This document shows positions 29,701 through 39,116 of a stretch of 64,000 nt of DNA, piece by piece; position 1 is the stretch's first letter, and every line of letters begins with the position of its first letter. The translations under genes were made by a program, and so were the position numbers. The notes under the pieces are model-generated. The model saw nothing but the letters and a program-made list of their open reading frames with translations. It had not been told where the DNA came from and searched no databases. The DNA comes from a virus (taxonomy: Duplodnaviria; Caudoviricetes). The stretch covers positions 1 through 64,000 of the IMG/VR virus record IMGVR_UViG_3300011242_000002; one strand, written 5' to 3'.

Positions 29701-30232
29701 GATGCCAGGGCGTGGTATGTGCATGTTGGATCAGGACCTCAGCAGCCAAACCTACGGCACATTGATGGCACTACTGCCGATGGGGTCTACCGTCGCGGAC
29801 TACACCAGTTTTACCACCTCCAATAAAACCCAGCGGTTTGTGCTGATGGCGCAGGAGGTTCGTCAGGGGTGGGTGGTGTACTTCACGGAAGAAGTACCGG
29901 TGATTCTTAACGGGCGAGAAGGGGTAGTGCCGATCACTACCGTTGACCTAACTGCCATTAAGGCTAACCCAGCCAACACCACCTTCTACTGTTACGTCAA
30001 GGAAAACAACTTTGACATGTCGTACTACCTTACCACCGTTGAAGAGGCCCCGACCATCAGTAAGATGTTCATCGGGACTATCGAAACGGGTGGTAGTGCG
30101 ATCAGTAGCATCAAGCTGAAGAAGCGTTCTCGCGTCGGTATCTACCAGATCTCTGATAGCCGCACCGGAACCTCGATCCCTGTCTCTACTGGTCTGCCGT
30201 ATCAGCTGGGCGACTGGTCGTGGGATATGTAA
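26798..30232 (+). CDS. long tail fibre / receptor-binding protein
   Basis: 1144 aa; YPFDSTG, DDRPVFWPDI..PSLFP..PHSH, KEQVGLGRLDN fibre motif. Confidence 0.75.
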   Translation: MNTPSLERYPFDSTGEAKTNLVVNELHIVPPGDKNKIFALLEGAAFSKSIKLRTAAGTYLRPWVDYQPVYLYPEATKAVGEACTGLVLVMNESVDGYLYAEYQVVGDRYGHNSTAVEDLLWSVTSDDRPVFWPDIKDRPSLFPAAPHSHNIFTDTEGWDARILLVDSWTSDVLEEGDQYRLDIIRDATAMVRTYLNARFNQVNAHIDTHVATPHAHVESKEQVGLGRLDNIRKATTAEARAGVREDLRLTVNGASAILSDAVRSYSANLMKQGILPISRWGSLSYLEPGVAGSFEGSAQVTTRDARMMVQEVDGTLVRLRPGNNGTSMGVYYDYMLNAFSDPLGAQMIKTNSQYWPAAMGTEYKPYTLWRSTPDLLWGIAYEVASFPTLKTKNFIALTGSSFDSSKHYVSFVTNTYVHSEYGTRTITDRAQITIIDDYVYCIDHCPWGTTRKVGFVLLRMPVNDIKTKADVTWELLTGWTATGSFANTPVSDSINIAPMEYSTDPADNPMILGDAPMAATLYRSSWMFYIVSDTPGVIKVAMGGVMHYYTTQSLKVQALGWRCQIDVNARTASWVDAPTQIRCRINNANLATISMDDNDAFKFTQTQLGLAANQTDVGGDEWGALYIDNNSGYYMKSYITNVLNTGIAWEIGQITNWTGKAAAWDILGRDVKRLRRQVDNPTFGSKVNNNLAMPVMLPGNRVMLRSMDENNGIKVVRAAYGTNSDYTYNAVTVGTVKGYEPQVDRVDMVGYDRNLRLITYLDDKDVLTNWGSVMTPWRTAVPVDVNSDGTYNSLTEMTWKTAEITAAAMSFARTLDVGPLVISANCDIYMPQDPTLPVLAVVMTRHTTEKGVQARMYVTGVDYTGPRRGAITDYTLKTTGHYNVVMAADNSSAVANNGPNQPGMVIQKVGTDLLIAAGSSTATSLPGSGTGRAMLFTYDLLTDTITPTNLKAVTCSVTTGAISWWPTVMPGRGMCMLDQDLSSQTYGTLMALLPMGSTVADYTSFTTSNKTQRFVLMAQEVRQGWVVYFTEEVPVILNGREGVVPITTVDLTAIKANPANTTFYCYVKENNFDMSYYLTTVEEAPTISKMFIGTIETGGSAISSIKLKKRSRVGIYQISDSRTGTSIPVSTGLPYQLGDWSWDM

Positions 30233-30237
30233 TCCAT

Positions 30238-30263
30238 TGCGGGGGGTAACACCCCCCGCCTTC
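30238..30263 (+). terminator. hairpin between fibre genes
   Basis: GCGGGGGG-TAACA-CCCCCCGC followed by CTTCTT. Confidence 0.5.
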
Positions 30264-30279
30264 TTGATAAGGAGGCCGA

Positions 30280-33200
30280 ATGTCACGTTATGACATCCCC
30301 GGCGAAGCAACAGGTTCATGGGGTGAGTTTTTTGCCTCCCTGGAACACATGACCACCCGTCTGCAAAGCTCGAAGTTTACCACTTATGAAGCCGCGCTGT
30401 CGTTAATCACCCCGCTGCAGACCAGCGTGATTACCTCGTACAACAACGCGATGGCGAAGCTTAACACCCACGTCGCCAACGACTTTAACGCCCATGCCGT
30501 GGACCGCACGATGCTGCAGCTGGGGTTGGTTGACAATATCGGTACCGCCACGCCGCAGGACATCCTGGACGGTGTGACCGCCGATCTGTACATCACCGCC
30601 GATGGCTACTCGGCGCTGGCCACCAAGGTGCTCGGTGACTTTGGTAACGTATTGCACCACCAGGGGATCAACCCGATTTCGGTGTACGGTGATATCTCCT
30701 GGCTGCCACCGGATATCTACGGCTCCTTTGAAGGCTCCGGTATGCTGGGCAGCGGTAACGCCGGTGGCTTCTCTATGGTGGAAGATGACGGTACCTGGAT
30801 CGGGCTGCGCTCCGGCACCAACGGCACCTCAAAGGGACTGTACTATTTTACCCTGAGCAACGCCGAAGACCGCATTGACGACGTCCCGCCATCCCGTACC
30901 AACTTCCGTTATTCGCCGCCGAACCGCCCACAGGGGTTTGAGTGTCTGGACACCCTCACCGGAAGCGACTCAACGGTGATTGTCGGTAAGGGCTATGGTC
31001 ATGCCACCTACACCGGTTTCGTGGCCCTGACCCACGGTACCATGGATGTGACCGCACACAACGTAGGGTATTTCCGCTTCGAAGATATCTTTACCTACAG
31101 TGAGGGTGATAACTATTCCAGCTCGGCCTGCGTGGTGGGTGATTACGTGTATCTGTTTGTCGCATTGGCAGGTGAGCCCGGATCCAACAACGGCTACGCC
31201 ACCTACCCCTACGACTACAAGGTATTGCGGTGTCCAACCAGCCAGATCATTGCCGGTGGCGCAGTCAGTTGGGAGCGGGTGACCGGGTGGAACTCGACGG
31301 GACTGTGGGGTAACACCGGCGTGGCGGATAATGTGCGGATTGCGCCCACCATCAGCGGTACTGACCCGGCAGCCAAGCCGTTCTTACTGCATGAGGGTCG
31401 TACCTGGACCCAGACCTACAGTCCGGTACACAGCGCCCGTCGCAGCTGGTGTGCACCCAACCCTACCAACGCTAACCAGGTGCGTCTGGCCATTTACCAC
31501 ACGATCTGGACCAGTCTGGCAAACGGCACAGCCATCATGCCAAGCGTGGCATTTTCGCTACTGATTGACGTGGCGGCTAAAACGGCAGTGGTGGAGGATG
31601 GCGCAACGTATGTGCAGCACAAATCCCCCAACGTCAACGAAGTCACGCTGGTCTCGCCAATTGTGCTGACCGATCTGACCAAGTGCACCGGCTATGATCT
31701 AGGCGGCAACAACTGGCTAAACCAGCTGGTCACGGATCGTGGATATCTGCTAACCCGCAACACCGGTAACCAGCCGGACGAAAATAACGTGTTCATGCGT
31801 GCAGAGATCACTAACTTCGTCAGCCGCTTTGACGCCCTGCGCATGCGTAACCGTGTAGTGCGCCCGATCACGAACGTAGCCGACAACATCCGCGTGGGGT
31901 CGGCGTTTTCCAACAACTGCTTTAACCCGCGTATTCTACCCGGCCTGTATGTGATGTACCAGGGCTCGGCAACGGACAAACCGGCGCAGTTCTGGTTTGG
32001 TAACGCTAAGCGCTTTCAACTGACCGGTTCCCCGACCTTTAACTACAACACCTTAAACAGTGGCGTGATTAAGGGCTGGGCACCAAACAGTACGCGTATT
32101 GAATACCCCAACAACCTTACCTTTAACCAGGGGGCGTTCATCAGCCGTACCTCACAGGGTGGGGCGGTAGTGTGTGATGCTTCAGTAGCCTGGGGTCCGG
32201 ATACCAAAGGGGTCAGCAGCTCGGGGACATCGATCGACAGAAACCTGAAGATCAGTGGCTCGTTTAGCTGGAACCTGACGGAAGGTCAAAACGTGGCGTT
32301 GACTGCGGCACGTGCGGCGCTGGGGCGCAACAACATCTACAACGTAGCTTGGACCATCTATGCGGCACAGGACACCAACATCCCGCTGATCATGCTGCTT
32401 ACCGCAACCTCACCGCGTGACGATGCGTTAGGCTTCCACGGGGTGCTGGCGTTGGTTGAGTTGAACCATTCGGGTGCCCGCAGTGGGCTACTGACCGGCT
32501 ACAGCTTTAACCGTGTGGTAGCAAAAGGATTGATTGATAAAGTGCCGGGTAACGTGTCGTGTCAGTACGAAGCCAACGGCGCGCTGCAGGTGTTTAAATG
32601 CACCGACGGTACCTACCTGATGTCGATTGCTTCACCGCCGGTGCTGGGCGTGTACGGTAGCCAGGAAAGCATGATCTACTTTGCCGCAGTCCGGGCAGGC
32701 AGCAAAACCATTGAAGACGCCACGGTGAAGATGTACAACCACTCGTACTTCCCTAACGGCGGGTTACCGAGCGGGTTTGTGCATCCAAGCTACGGGCTGT
32801 GCATGCTGGATTATGCGACCAACAACGCCAACTACAACGCCATCATGGCGATCAACGTCATGGCGTCATCTTACGCGGACTTTACAACCTGGGGTGTGAA
32901 GAACAAGCTGATCCTCGGAGCACAGGAGGTAGAGAAAGGCTGGATCGTGTACTTCACCTCAGACACCCCGGTGTTCCTGTCCGGGAAAGAGTATATCGTT
33001 CCGGCAGGTAATATTGATCTGCGTAACATCACGGCGGATCCGGCGAACAAGACCTTCTATTGTTACGTGCGTCTGGGAGATACCGGTATTGAGTACTTTA
33101 TCACGCTTGAGCCGCTATCCCCAACGATGACCATGATGTACATCGGCAGCATCAGCACGGGGGTATCAGCGATTACCAAAATCGATGTCAGCAAGAAGAT

Positions 33201-33753
33201 CCGTGTAGATACCTTTGAGCTGTCACCGGTGCACATCGGTTCCGGTATTCCGGTTGGGGTGGGATCACCGGCTCAGGTGGGTGACTTCACCGGCTGGATC
33301 ATTCCGTACCTGCGCAGCAACGTCAAGACCCTGAAGTTTGCGGCCCGTCTGGACTACGAAGGGCGGTTTAGCGTTAACCTGCGCACCGGTGTGGTGAGCA
33401 TGTCATTAACCGAAAACGGCGTCGAAAGTCTGTCACGTCCGGTGGTGTGCTACGTTACCGGCACGTCATGGGACCCGCAGATGAACAGCGGGACTTCGGG
33501 ATCGAACAGCACGATGCTCACCCGTACCGCGACCATTCAGGGTCTCGGGGTAGTTGATATTGATAAAGCCTCCAGCTGGGCGGTGAAGATCGGTAACTTT
33601 GTAGGGCGTGATGCCAGCAAGATTACCATTACCCAGCCGTCCCCGGCAAACGACTACACCGCAACGGTGTCGGTCATTGACGGACCGTCAACGGGTACCA
33701 ACGGCGAGTCGTGGGACGAATACTCCTTCGACCTGTTCGTGACCATCAAGTAA
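30280..33753 (+). CDS. long tail fibre / receptor-binding protein, paralog of 26798
   Basis: NAHAV..LQLGLVDN, GSFEGS, EDDGT..GLR.G.NG, AQEVEKGWIVYFT shared with the upstream gene. Confidence 0.75.
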   Translation: MSRYDIPGEATGSWGEFFASLEHMTTRLQSSKFTTYEAALSLITPLQTSVITSYNNAMAKLNTHVANDFNAHAVDRTMLQLGLVDNIGTATPQDILDGVTADLYITADGYSALATKVLGDFGNVLHHQGINPISVYGDISWLPPDIYGSFEGSGMLGSGNAGGFSMVEDDGTWIGLRSGTNGTSKGLYYFTLSNAEDRIDDVPPSRTNFRYSPPNRPQGFECLDTLTGSDSTVIVGKGYGHATYTGFVALTHGTMDVTAHNVGYFRFEDIFTYSEGDNYSSSACVVGDYVYLFVALAGEPGSNNGYATYPYDYKVLRCPTSQIIAGGAVSWERVTGWNSTGLWGNTGVADNVRIAPTISGTDPAAKPFLLHEGRTWTQTYSPVHSARRSWCAPNPTNANQVRLAIYHTIWTSLANGTAIMPSVAFSLLIDVAAKTAVVEDGATYVQHKSPNVNEVTLVSPIVLTDLTKCTGYDLGGNNWLNQLVTDRGYLLTRNTGNQPDENNVFMRAEITNFVSRFDALRMRNRVVRPITNVADNIRVGSAFSNNCFNPRILPGLYVMYQGSATDKPAQFWFGNAKRFQLTGSPTFNYNTLNSGVIKGWAPNSTRIEYPNNLTFNQGAFISRTSQGGAVVCDASVAWGPDTKGVSSSGTSIDRNLKISGSFSWNLTEGQNVALTAARAALGRNNIYNVAWTIYAAQDTNIPLIMLLTATSPRDDALGFHGVLALVELNHSGARSGLLTGYSFNRVVAKGLIDKVPGNVSCQYEANGALQVFKCTDGTYLMSIASPPVLGVYGSQESMIYFAAVRAGSKTIEDATVKMYNHSYFPNGGLPSGFVHPSYGLCMLDYATNNANYNAIMAINVMASSYADFTTWGVKNKLILGAQEVEKGWIVYFTSDTPVFLSGKEYIVPAGNIDLRNITADPANKTFYCYVRLGDTGIEYFITLEPLSPTMTMMYIGSISTGVSAITKIDVSKKIRVDTFELSPVHIGSGIPVGVGSPAQVGDFTGWIIPYLRSNVKTLKFAARLDYEGRFSVNLRTGVVSMSLTENGVESLSRPVVCYVTGTSWDPQMNSGTSGSNSTMLTRTATIQGLGVVDIDKASSWAVKIGNFVGRDASKITITQPSPANDYTATVSVIDGPSTGTNGESWDEYSFDLFVTIK

Positions 33754-33756
33754 GGC

Positions 33757-33811
33757 GGCATAAGCAAGGCCTGGCCCTTCCCTTACGGGAGAGGCCAGTG
33801 CCTTTATGCCG
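33757..33811. terminator. bidirectional GGCATAA-hairpin-TTATGCC element
   Basis: CTGGCC..TCCC/GGGA..GGCCAG stem flanked by inverted GGCATAA/TTATGCCG between convergent genes. Confidence 0.75.
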
Positions 33812-33815
33812 ATAT

Positions 33816-34814
33816 TTACTGTGGGCCGTCGGACGTTGAACCACCGCGCTGAATACCGCCGTGACGATGTGACATTACGCTGATGCCACCGGCACGCACA
33901 TCTTTTGCCGCGGTAATAGAACCTGTTGTGGTGATGTTGCCACCTGAGTGTTTGATCGGACCAATCAGCTCGATCCCACCCGGGGAGTTGATCTTGGTGG
34001 TCTGAGTTTCCACTTCCCACTTGTTGGTTTCAAAGCGAATGCTGTTGTTGGCCTGCACCAGCCAGTCCTGGCAGATCATGTGGATCTTCTTCTTGGCGGT
34101 GAGTTTGAAGGTATCCTGGGCGATGATCTCGACGTTCTTCTTGTCGATCTTGAACATGGACTTGTCGGTGTTAATCATCTGCCACAGGGCGTTGACCGAA
34201 TCCAACGCAATGCTGTTATCCAGATCGTCGGCTACCGAGAACTTGCCGTTACCGTAGTCAAACTTGGCCACGTACTGCACGACTTCCCCGTTGGCCTTGG
34301 AGTTGGACATCATCATGTGTTTCTTGTGCGACGACCACTCAATAAAGTACCAGTCGCCGTCACCGATGGTTTTGTTCTCGGTGGTTTGTGGCGTACCGGA
34401 GATAGCGATTACAATGGTCTCTAAGCGTCGCAGCTCATCGTCAAGCCCCATCTCGGTCCAGTAGTACTTGTCCTCATCGCCGACCCGCCAAACCTCAACG
34501 CGCTCACCAGGCATTACATCCGGGGCGGTAACGCGATTCGAGCCGTGGGGTAGCCAGGTGGCGGTGACGTTCTGATCGGTGACCAGCTTGTTCTGCACCT
34601 GCTCGCCGCTGGCGGTCTCGCCTTTATACTCCAGCTGCTGCGGATCCACCGCCGCTTCCCCGGACATGTAGGAAGACATTTCACGCAGGCTGACCTGAAT
34701 GTCGCGGGAGTTGGTCGACTTCGGCGCTACCACCACCCCCATGGAATGGATGTGCAGCACCGAGACGTTCTGCAGGGTTTGTTTCTGCCCACCGGCAGCG
34801 TTCGACTGTTCCAT
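33816..34814 (-). CDS. baseplate central spike (phiKZ gp164-like; gpV-type apex)
   Basis: TATWLP..SNRVTAPDV.PGERVEVWR.GD.DKYYW N-terminal motif, beta-repeat middle, C-terminal ISVMSHRHGGIQRGGSTSDGPQ with HxH; divergent from SbcC. Confidence 0.8.
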   Translation of the reverse strand: MEQSNAAGGQKQTLQNVSVLHIHSMGVVVAPKSTNSRDIQVSLREMSSYMSGEAAVDPQQLEYKGETASGEQVQNKLVTDQNVTATWLPHGSNRVTAPDVMPGERVEVWRVGDEDKYYWTEMGLDDELRRLETIVIAISGTPQTTENKTIGDGDWYFIEWSSHKKHMMMSNSKANGEVVQYVAKFDYGNGKFSVADDLDNSIALDSVNALWQMINTDKSMFKIDKKNVEIIAQDTFKLTAKKKIHMICQDWLVQANNSIRFETNKWEVETQTTKINSPGGIELIGPIKHSGGNITTTGSITAAKDVRAGGISVMSHRHGGIQRGGSTSDGPQ

Positions 34815-34890
34815 GGTGTTATCCTAAGTTATTTAATACTGGCGTTACTGATTGTATAAGCTAAATACATTACACGTTAAGGACGTCAGC

Positions 34891-35082
34891 ATGTTAGAAT
34901 TCATTATCGGTTATGAAGCCCAGACGTTACCCTACTGGCTTACGGCTGCGATCGACAACGGGTCGGTAGTAGTAAAGGGGAGTTCGACCAGTGAAGAGCG
35001 CTATTATCACCTCAACGGTCAGGTGGCCGGGCCAGGCAGCACCCTGGTGTTTGACGGTAGCGTCATAACCGTGAAAGGGTAA
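34891..35082 (+). CDS. small hypothetical protein
   Basis: ATG at 34891 after AAGGA; TACATTAC at 34866-34873 upstream. Confidence 0.6.
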   Translation: MLEFIIGYEAQTLPYWLTAAIDNGSVVVKGSSTSEERYYHLNGQVAGPGSTLVFDGSVITVKG

Positions 35083-35085
35083 CGT

Positions 35086-37575
35086 ATGCGAATCAAGTAC
35101 CTTGAGCTATACCATTACCAGCGCCTGAAGAATAAAGGCATCAACCGCATCAAGCTCGACTTCACCGAGGTCATCCAGGTCATCATCGGCGCCAACGGCA
35201 TGGGCAAATCCAGCCTGATGCGGGAGATCTCTCCACTCCCCCCGGACAACGGTGATTACGTCAAGGGTGGCACCAAGCATGTGATCATTGAGCACAAGGG
35301 GGCCTTTTATGAACTGATGTCGATTTGTGGCACCCCGTCCCGTCACTCCTTTAAGTGTAACGACGTAGAGCTCAACGAATCCAAGAACCTCAGCGCCCAG
35401 AAGGAACTGGTCGAGGTCCATTTTGGCTATACCGGGGAAATCCACGAGCTGCTGCTCGGCTTGGTGAACGGCGTATCCTTTACCACCATGTCACCGGCCA
35501 AGCGCAAAGAGTGGCTGATGGCGCTCTACCCCAACGACCTGACCTACATCACCGATCTGCATGACAAGTTTAAGACCATGCTGCGCGATGCCAAGGGCGG
35601 AATCCGCACCAGCTCCACGCACCTGTCCGGCTTATACGACCAGCGCGGCAACGGGACCAATCTGGAGGAGATGCAGCAGCGTATCGATCACCTTCAGCAG
35701 CGGCGTGACAAGATTGCCCGTTTGGTTTCCGAACAGCTGACCAGTGAGAACCACCAGGGAAACATTGATCGTACCTACGTGGACCTGCAGCGTCTGGTGA
35801 ATAATCACCGTAACCCGATTGCGCTACAGGGTAGCTACCGGGACCGTGAACATATCGTTGAGCTGATTAACGAAACCAACGGTAACCTGCAACAGCTGGA
35901 GTACGCCTACCAGACCCACAGCAAGGAGCTGACGGAGCTTGCGAATAACGAAGTGTTCAAGCAGGCGGCCACCGCCGAGGACAAGGAACGCCTGGAAGCC
36001 CAGCAGCGTCAGCTGAGTGAACAGCTCGAGCGTGACAAGACCGACTGGGCGATTGCGGTGTCCAACTATAGCGACTTTGCCTTATGGCCGATCATCACCG
36101 GACTCAACGAGTTTGACCAGCGTAACCTGATAAGCGTGGCGCCTGGGTTGTTAGAACTGCTGGTTGCCCTGCATCCCATGGACGATGAAGAGGTTACCCT
36201 GCGTCGCTATGATGCCGTGGTCAAGCTGAAGTACGAGCTCGGTCCCGAGCTGGAAAAGCAAACTGACATTGTTAACCGCATCAGCCACAAGCTGAACCAC
36301 CTGGAGTCGGCCGATCGCACCGAGTGTCCGAACTGCAGTCACCGTTGGTTACCCGGTGTGTCAACCCAGCAGCTGGAAGAGTTCCGCCAGCGTAAGGCTG
36401 TGGAGCAGCAGAAGCTCGATGACCTGACTGCCCGGATGGCCAAGTGTGATCACTACATTAATACCTACGCCATCTGGTATGCTGCCGCCAGTCAGTTTAC
36501 CCGCTACATGGTCGGCCACCCTAACCTGGAAGGATTACACCAGTGGTTGACCGAGCAACGCGTGCTGTACGTTGGGGGTACCAGTTTTGCCCGTGAGTTG
36601 ATGGCGATCATCAATGCTCTGCCTACCGAACACAGTATCCGCAATGTTACGGCAGAGCTGGAACAGCTGGCCAACCGGCTGAAGATGTTTGACTCCGATG
36701 CCATTGAATGGCACAAGCGTCGCTACCAGGAACACGAAGACGCGCTTAACCGGGTGATTGAACAGCGGCGTGCCGCAAATCAGGACCTGCAGCGATTGAA
36801 CCGAGACCTGCAAACTGCCGACGATGCTCAGCGCATGGTCAACGAACTGCAGCGCCAGAAAGGGTACATCGTCAGCCAGGTTGGTCAGTTCGCCCACCAA
36901 ACCTTAACCAGCATTGCCAACAACGAGCATCGCCAGCTTGGGGATGAACAGCGGGCCTTAACCACCCAGCTGTTTAACAGCCGTTCACTGGAAGGCTCCA
37001 TCACCAGTACCGAGCAGCACATCGAACTGATGCGCCAGCAGGAAGAGGTGTTGAAGCTGTTGGTGAAGGCCACCTCCCCTACCGAAGGGCTGATTGCTGA
37101 GCAGCTGTCCGAATTCATTGAATGCTTTATGGGGAACATGAATGCAGAGATTGACGAAATATGGGATGACGTGCTCCAGATTAAGCCCTGCAATTTGGAA
37201 AATGGTTCGTTGTCATACAAGTTCCCGCTGTTATCCGGTGAATACGACTGCGAAACCGCCGACATCTCCGAATCCTCCACCGGCGAATCTCAGCTGATTA
37301 ACTGGGTGTTTCGTTTAGTGGTGATGGAGTATCTGGGCTTCAACGAATATCCGCTGTACGGCGATGAGATTGGTGCCAACTTCGATGAGAAGCACCGTCC
37401 ACGGCTGATGGAGTTCTTGAAGAAGTGTGCATCATCCGGCAAGTACAGCCAGATCTTTCTTATTTCGCACTACATCGCTCAGCACGGGGTGCTAACCCAC
37501 GCCGAGGTCTGTGCCCTGTCCACGGACGGTGTGGCCCTCCCAGAGCGTTACAATGAGCATGTGGTGATGTCTTAA
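35086..37575 (+). CDS. sbcC: SbcC/Rad50-like ABC ATPase (phiKZ gp165-like)
   Basis: Walker A GANGMGKS, coiled coils, zinc hook CPNC, signature SSTGE, Walker B LYGDE, ISH H-loop. Confidence 0.9.
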   Translation: MRIKYLELYHYQRLKNKGINRIKLDFTEVIQVIIGANGMGKSSLMREISPLPPDNGDYVKGGTKHVIIEHKGAFYELMSICGTPSRHSFKCNDVELNESKNLSAQKELVEVHFGYTGEIHELLLGLVNGVSFTTMSPAKRKEWLMALYPNDLTYITDLHDKFKTMLRDAKGGIRTSSTHLSGLYDQRGNGTNLEEMQQRIDHLQQRRDKIARLVSEQLTSENHQGNIDRTYVDLQRLVNNHRNPIALQGSYRDREHIVELINETNGNLQQLEYAYQTHSKELTELANNEVFKQAATAEDKERLEAQQRQLSEQLERDKTDWAIAVSNYSDFALWPIITGLNEFDQRNLISVAPGLLELLVALHPMDDEEVTLRRYDAVVKLKYELGPELEKQTDIVNRISHKLNHLESADRTECPNCSHRWLPGVSTQQLEEFRQRKAVEQQKLDDLTARMAKCDHYINTYAIWYAAASQFTRYMVGHPNLEGLHQWLTEQRVLYVGGTSFARELMAIINALPTEHSIRNVTAELEQLANRLKMFDSDAIEWHKRRYQEHEDALNRVIEQRRAANQDLQRLNRDLQTADDAQRMVNELQRQKGYIVSQVGQFAHQTLTSIANNEHRQLGDEQRALTTQLFNSRSLEGSITSTEQHIELMRQQEEVLKLLVKATSPTEGLIAEQLSEFIECFMGNMNAEIDEIWDDVLQIKPCNLENGSLSYKFPLLSGEYDCETADISESSTGESQLINWVFRLVVMEYLGFNEYPLYGDEIGANFDEKHRPRLMEFLKKCASSGKYSQIFLISHYIAQHGVLTHAEVCALSTDGVALPERYNEHVVMS

Positions 37576-37618
37576 CTATTGGGGCCTTGGCCCCTTCTGC
37601 CTTTCAAAAGGAACCGTT

Positions 37619-38680
37619 ATGTCTGAGAAGAAACAAAAGGGTAAGCAAGCCTGGTGCCTTAACACCGTCGCTACCCTAAAGCCGTACGTTGAACGTAAAG
37701 AACACATCACCCGCACCACCGCTAACCGGCTGGTTAAACCGGTGACCAACTGGCAACGTCGTGAGCTGGACACCTTGCGCAAACAGGCCAACCAGATCAT
37801 CCGCGGGGAGGACGTCAGCGCCCTGACCTACGGTATCTTTGGTATGACACTCGAGCATCCGGATCTGGTGGCCTTCACCGCCTCTTTTGATGCCGCGATC
37901 AAACAACATAATGCGCCGTTCCATTACCCGGCTGAGCTGCACATCCGTGGGTTGCAGGCTTCAGAAGAAAAGGTGTTCTATGACAATCAGTATCATCACC
38001 GTAAAGCCATTATCGGTGACGTCTGGATCATTCGTCGTGAATACTCACGAACCATGGACATGCTGATCGTGGAGAATGAACACACCTACGTGGTTATCCC
38101 TGACTGTGTTGGTAAGATGATACAGCAAAAGACCGGCTACCGCTGCCTCTATCCGGAGTGCGTGAAGGTGGCAGACGTTGAGATCATCTATCCCGAGACC
38201 CCTGACCAGCCTGTGGGTGAACCGATACTCCCGTTAACGACTTCCGTTGCTACGGAGCAGGCATTGCCTGCGGTGGGGGAGCCTGGTGTTCTGTATAACG
38301 TGCGCAAACCGGACGGTAGTATGTCGCAGATGATGTGGTTATCCGGACAGGGTTGGTGCTGCGTAGAGAATGCCAGCGCCCCGAATACCGCAAGCACCGC
38401 GTTTGTGAGCGTCACACCGGCTGTTCAGGAAGCGCCGAACCCGAGCACGCCCGAACCTGTTGTGGTGACGCCACCACATATCGTACAAGCACACCCGGCG
38501 GCGGTTAAACAGCTTAACGTACTGCATCCGCCAAAGCACGGTGAGCTGCGCGTTACGGGTGATACGGTATACATCTTTGATGAGCAGTATGGCTGGTGTC
38601 ATCGCGAAGCTTATGATGAGTCACCGGCGCCGGTGAAACCGTCGTTCTGGCAGAAGTGGTTTGGTTGGTTGCGTAAATAA
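37619..38680 (+). CDS. hypothetical protein with C-terminal amphipathic helix
   Basis: 353 aa; ends KPSFWQKWFGWLRK. Confidence 0.75.
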   Translation: MSEKKQKGKQAWCLNTVATLKPYVERKEHITRTTANRLVKPVTNWQRRELDTLRKQANQIIRGEDVSALTYGIFGMTLEHPDLVAFTASFDAAIKQHNAPFHYPAELHIRGLQASEEKVFYDNQYHHRKAIIGDVWIIRREYSRTMDMLIVENEHTYVVIPDCVGKMIQQKTGYRCLYPECVKVADVEIIYPETPDQPVGEPILPLTTSVATEQALPAVGEPGVLYNVRKPDGSMSQMMWLSGQGWCCVENASAPNTASTAFVSVTPAVQEAPNPSTPEPVVVTPPHIVQAHPAAVKQLNVLHPPKHGELRVTGDTVYIFDEQYGWCHREAYDESPAPVKPSFWQKWFGWLRK

Positions 38681-38708
38681 TCTTGGGCCTACATTACCTC
38701 TATGCGAT
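38674..38708 (+). promoter_or_regulatory. early promoter TACATTAC
   Basis: AAATAATCTTGGGCCTACATTAC (core 38690-38697). Confidence 0.7.
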
Positions 38709-38735
38709 GGCACGACGATCCAATGGAGGTAATGT

Positions 38736-39116
38736 ATGTACCACGTGTTGACTATCTCCCTTCCTGGGTTAGTGGCATCGGTAAACGAAACCATCAAGGC
38801 CACGAACTACGCGCACATGATCGCCCCGGCCTATTTTCTTACGGCGGCGGTAGAGCGTTTGAGCAGTGATGACCATACCACGCTGGACGTGCTGTTTGCG
38901 TACGTGCATTCGCTGGCACCGGAGCTGCGTGATTGGCCGTATGAGGCGGAAGACGACTGGCTACTGTTAGAGCATCTGACACTACTGGCTAATCAGATTC
39001 GCCCTATCATCGCCCCGCTGATGCCGATTGGTGGGAAAGCGCAATACTACAACCATACCGATGACACTTTGACTATGTTAATTAAAACACCAGTAGGATA
39101 TGATTATGGCTTTTGA
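38736..39116 (+). CDS. hypothetical protein
   Basis: 126 aa, GGAGG RBS. Confidence 0.75.
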   Translation: MYHVLTISLPGLVASVNETIKATNYAHMIAPAYFLTAAVERLSSDDHTTLDVLFAYVHSLAPELRDWPYEAEDDWLLLEHLTLLANQIRPIIAPLMPIGGKAQYYNHTDDTLTMLIKTPVGYDYGF

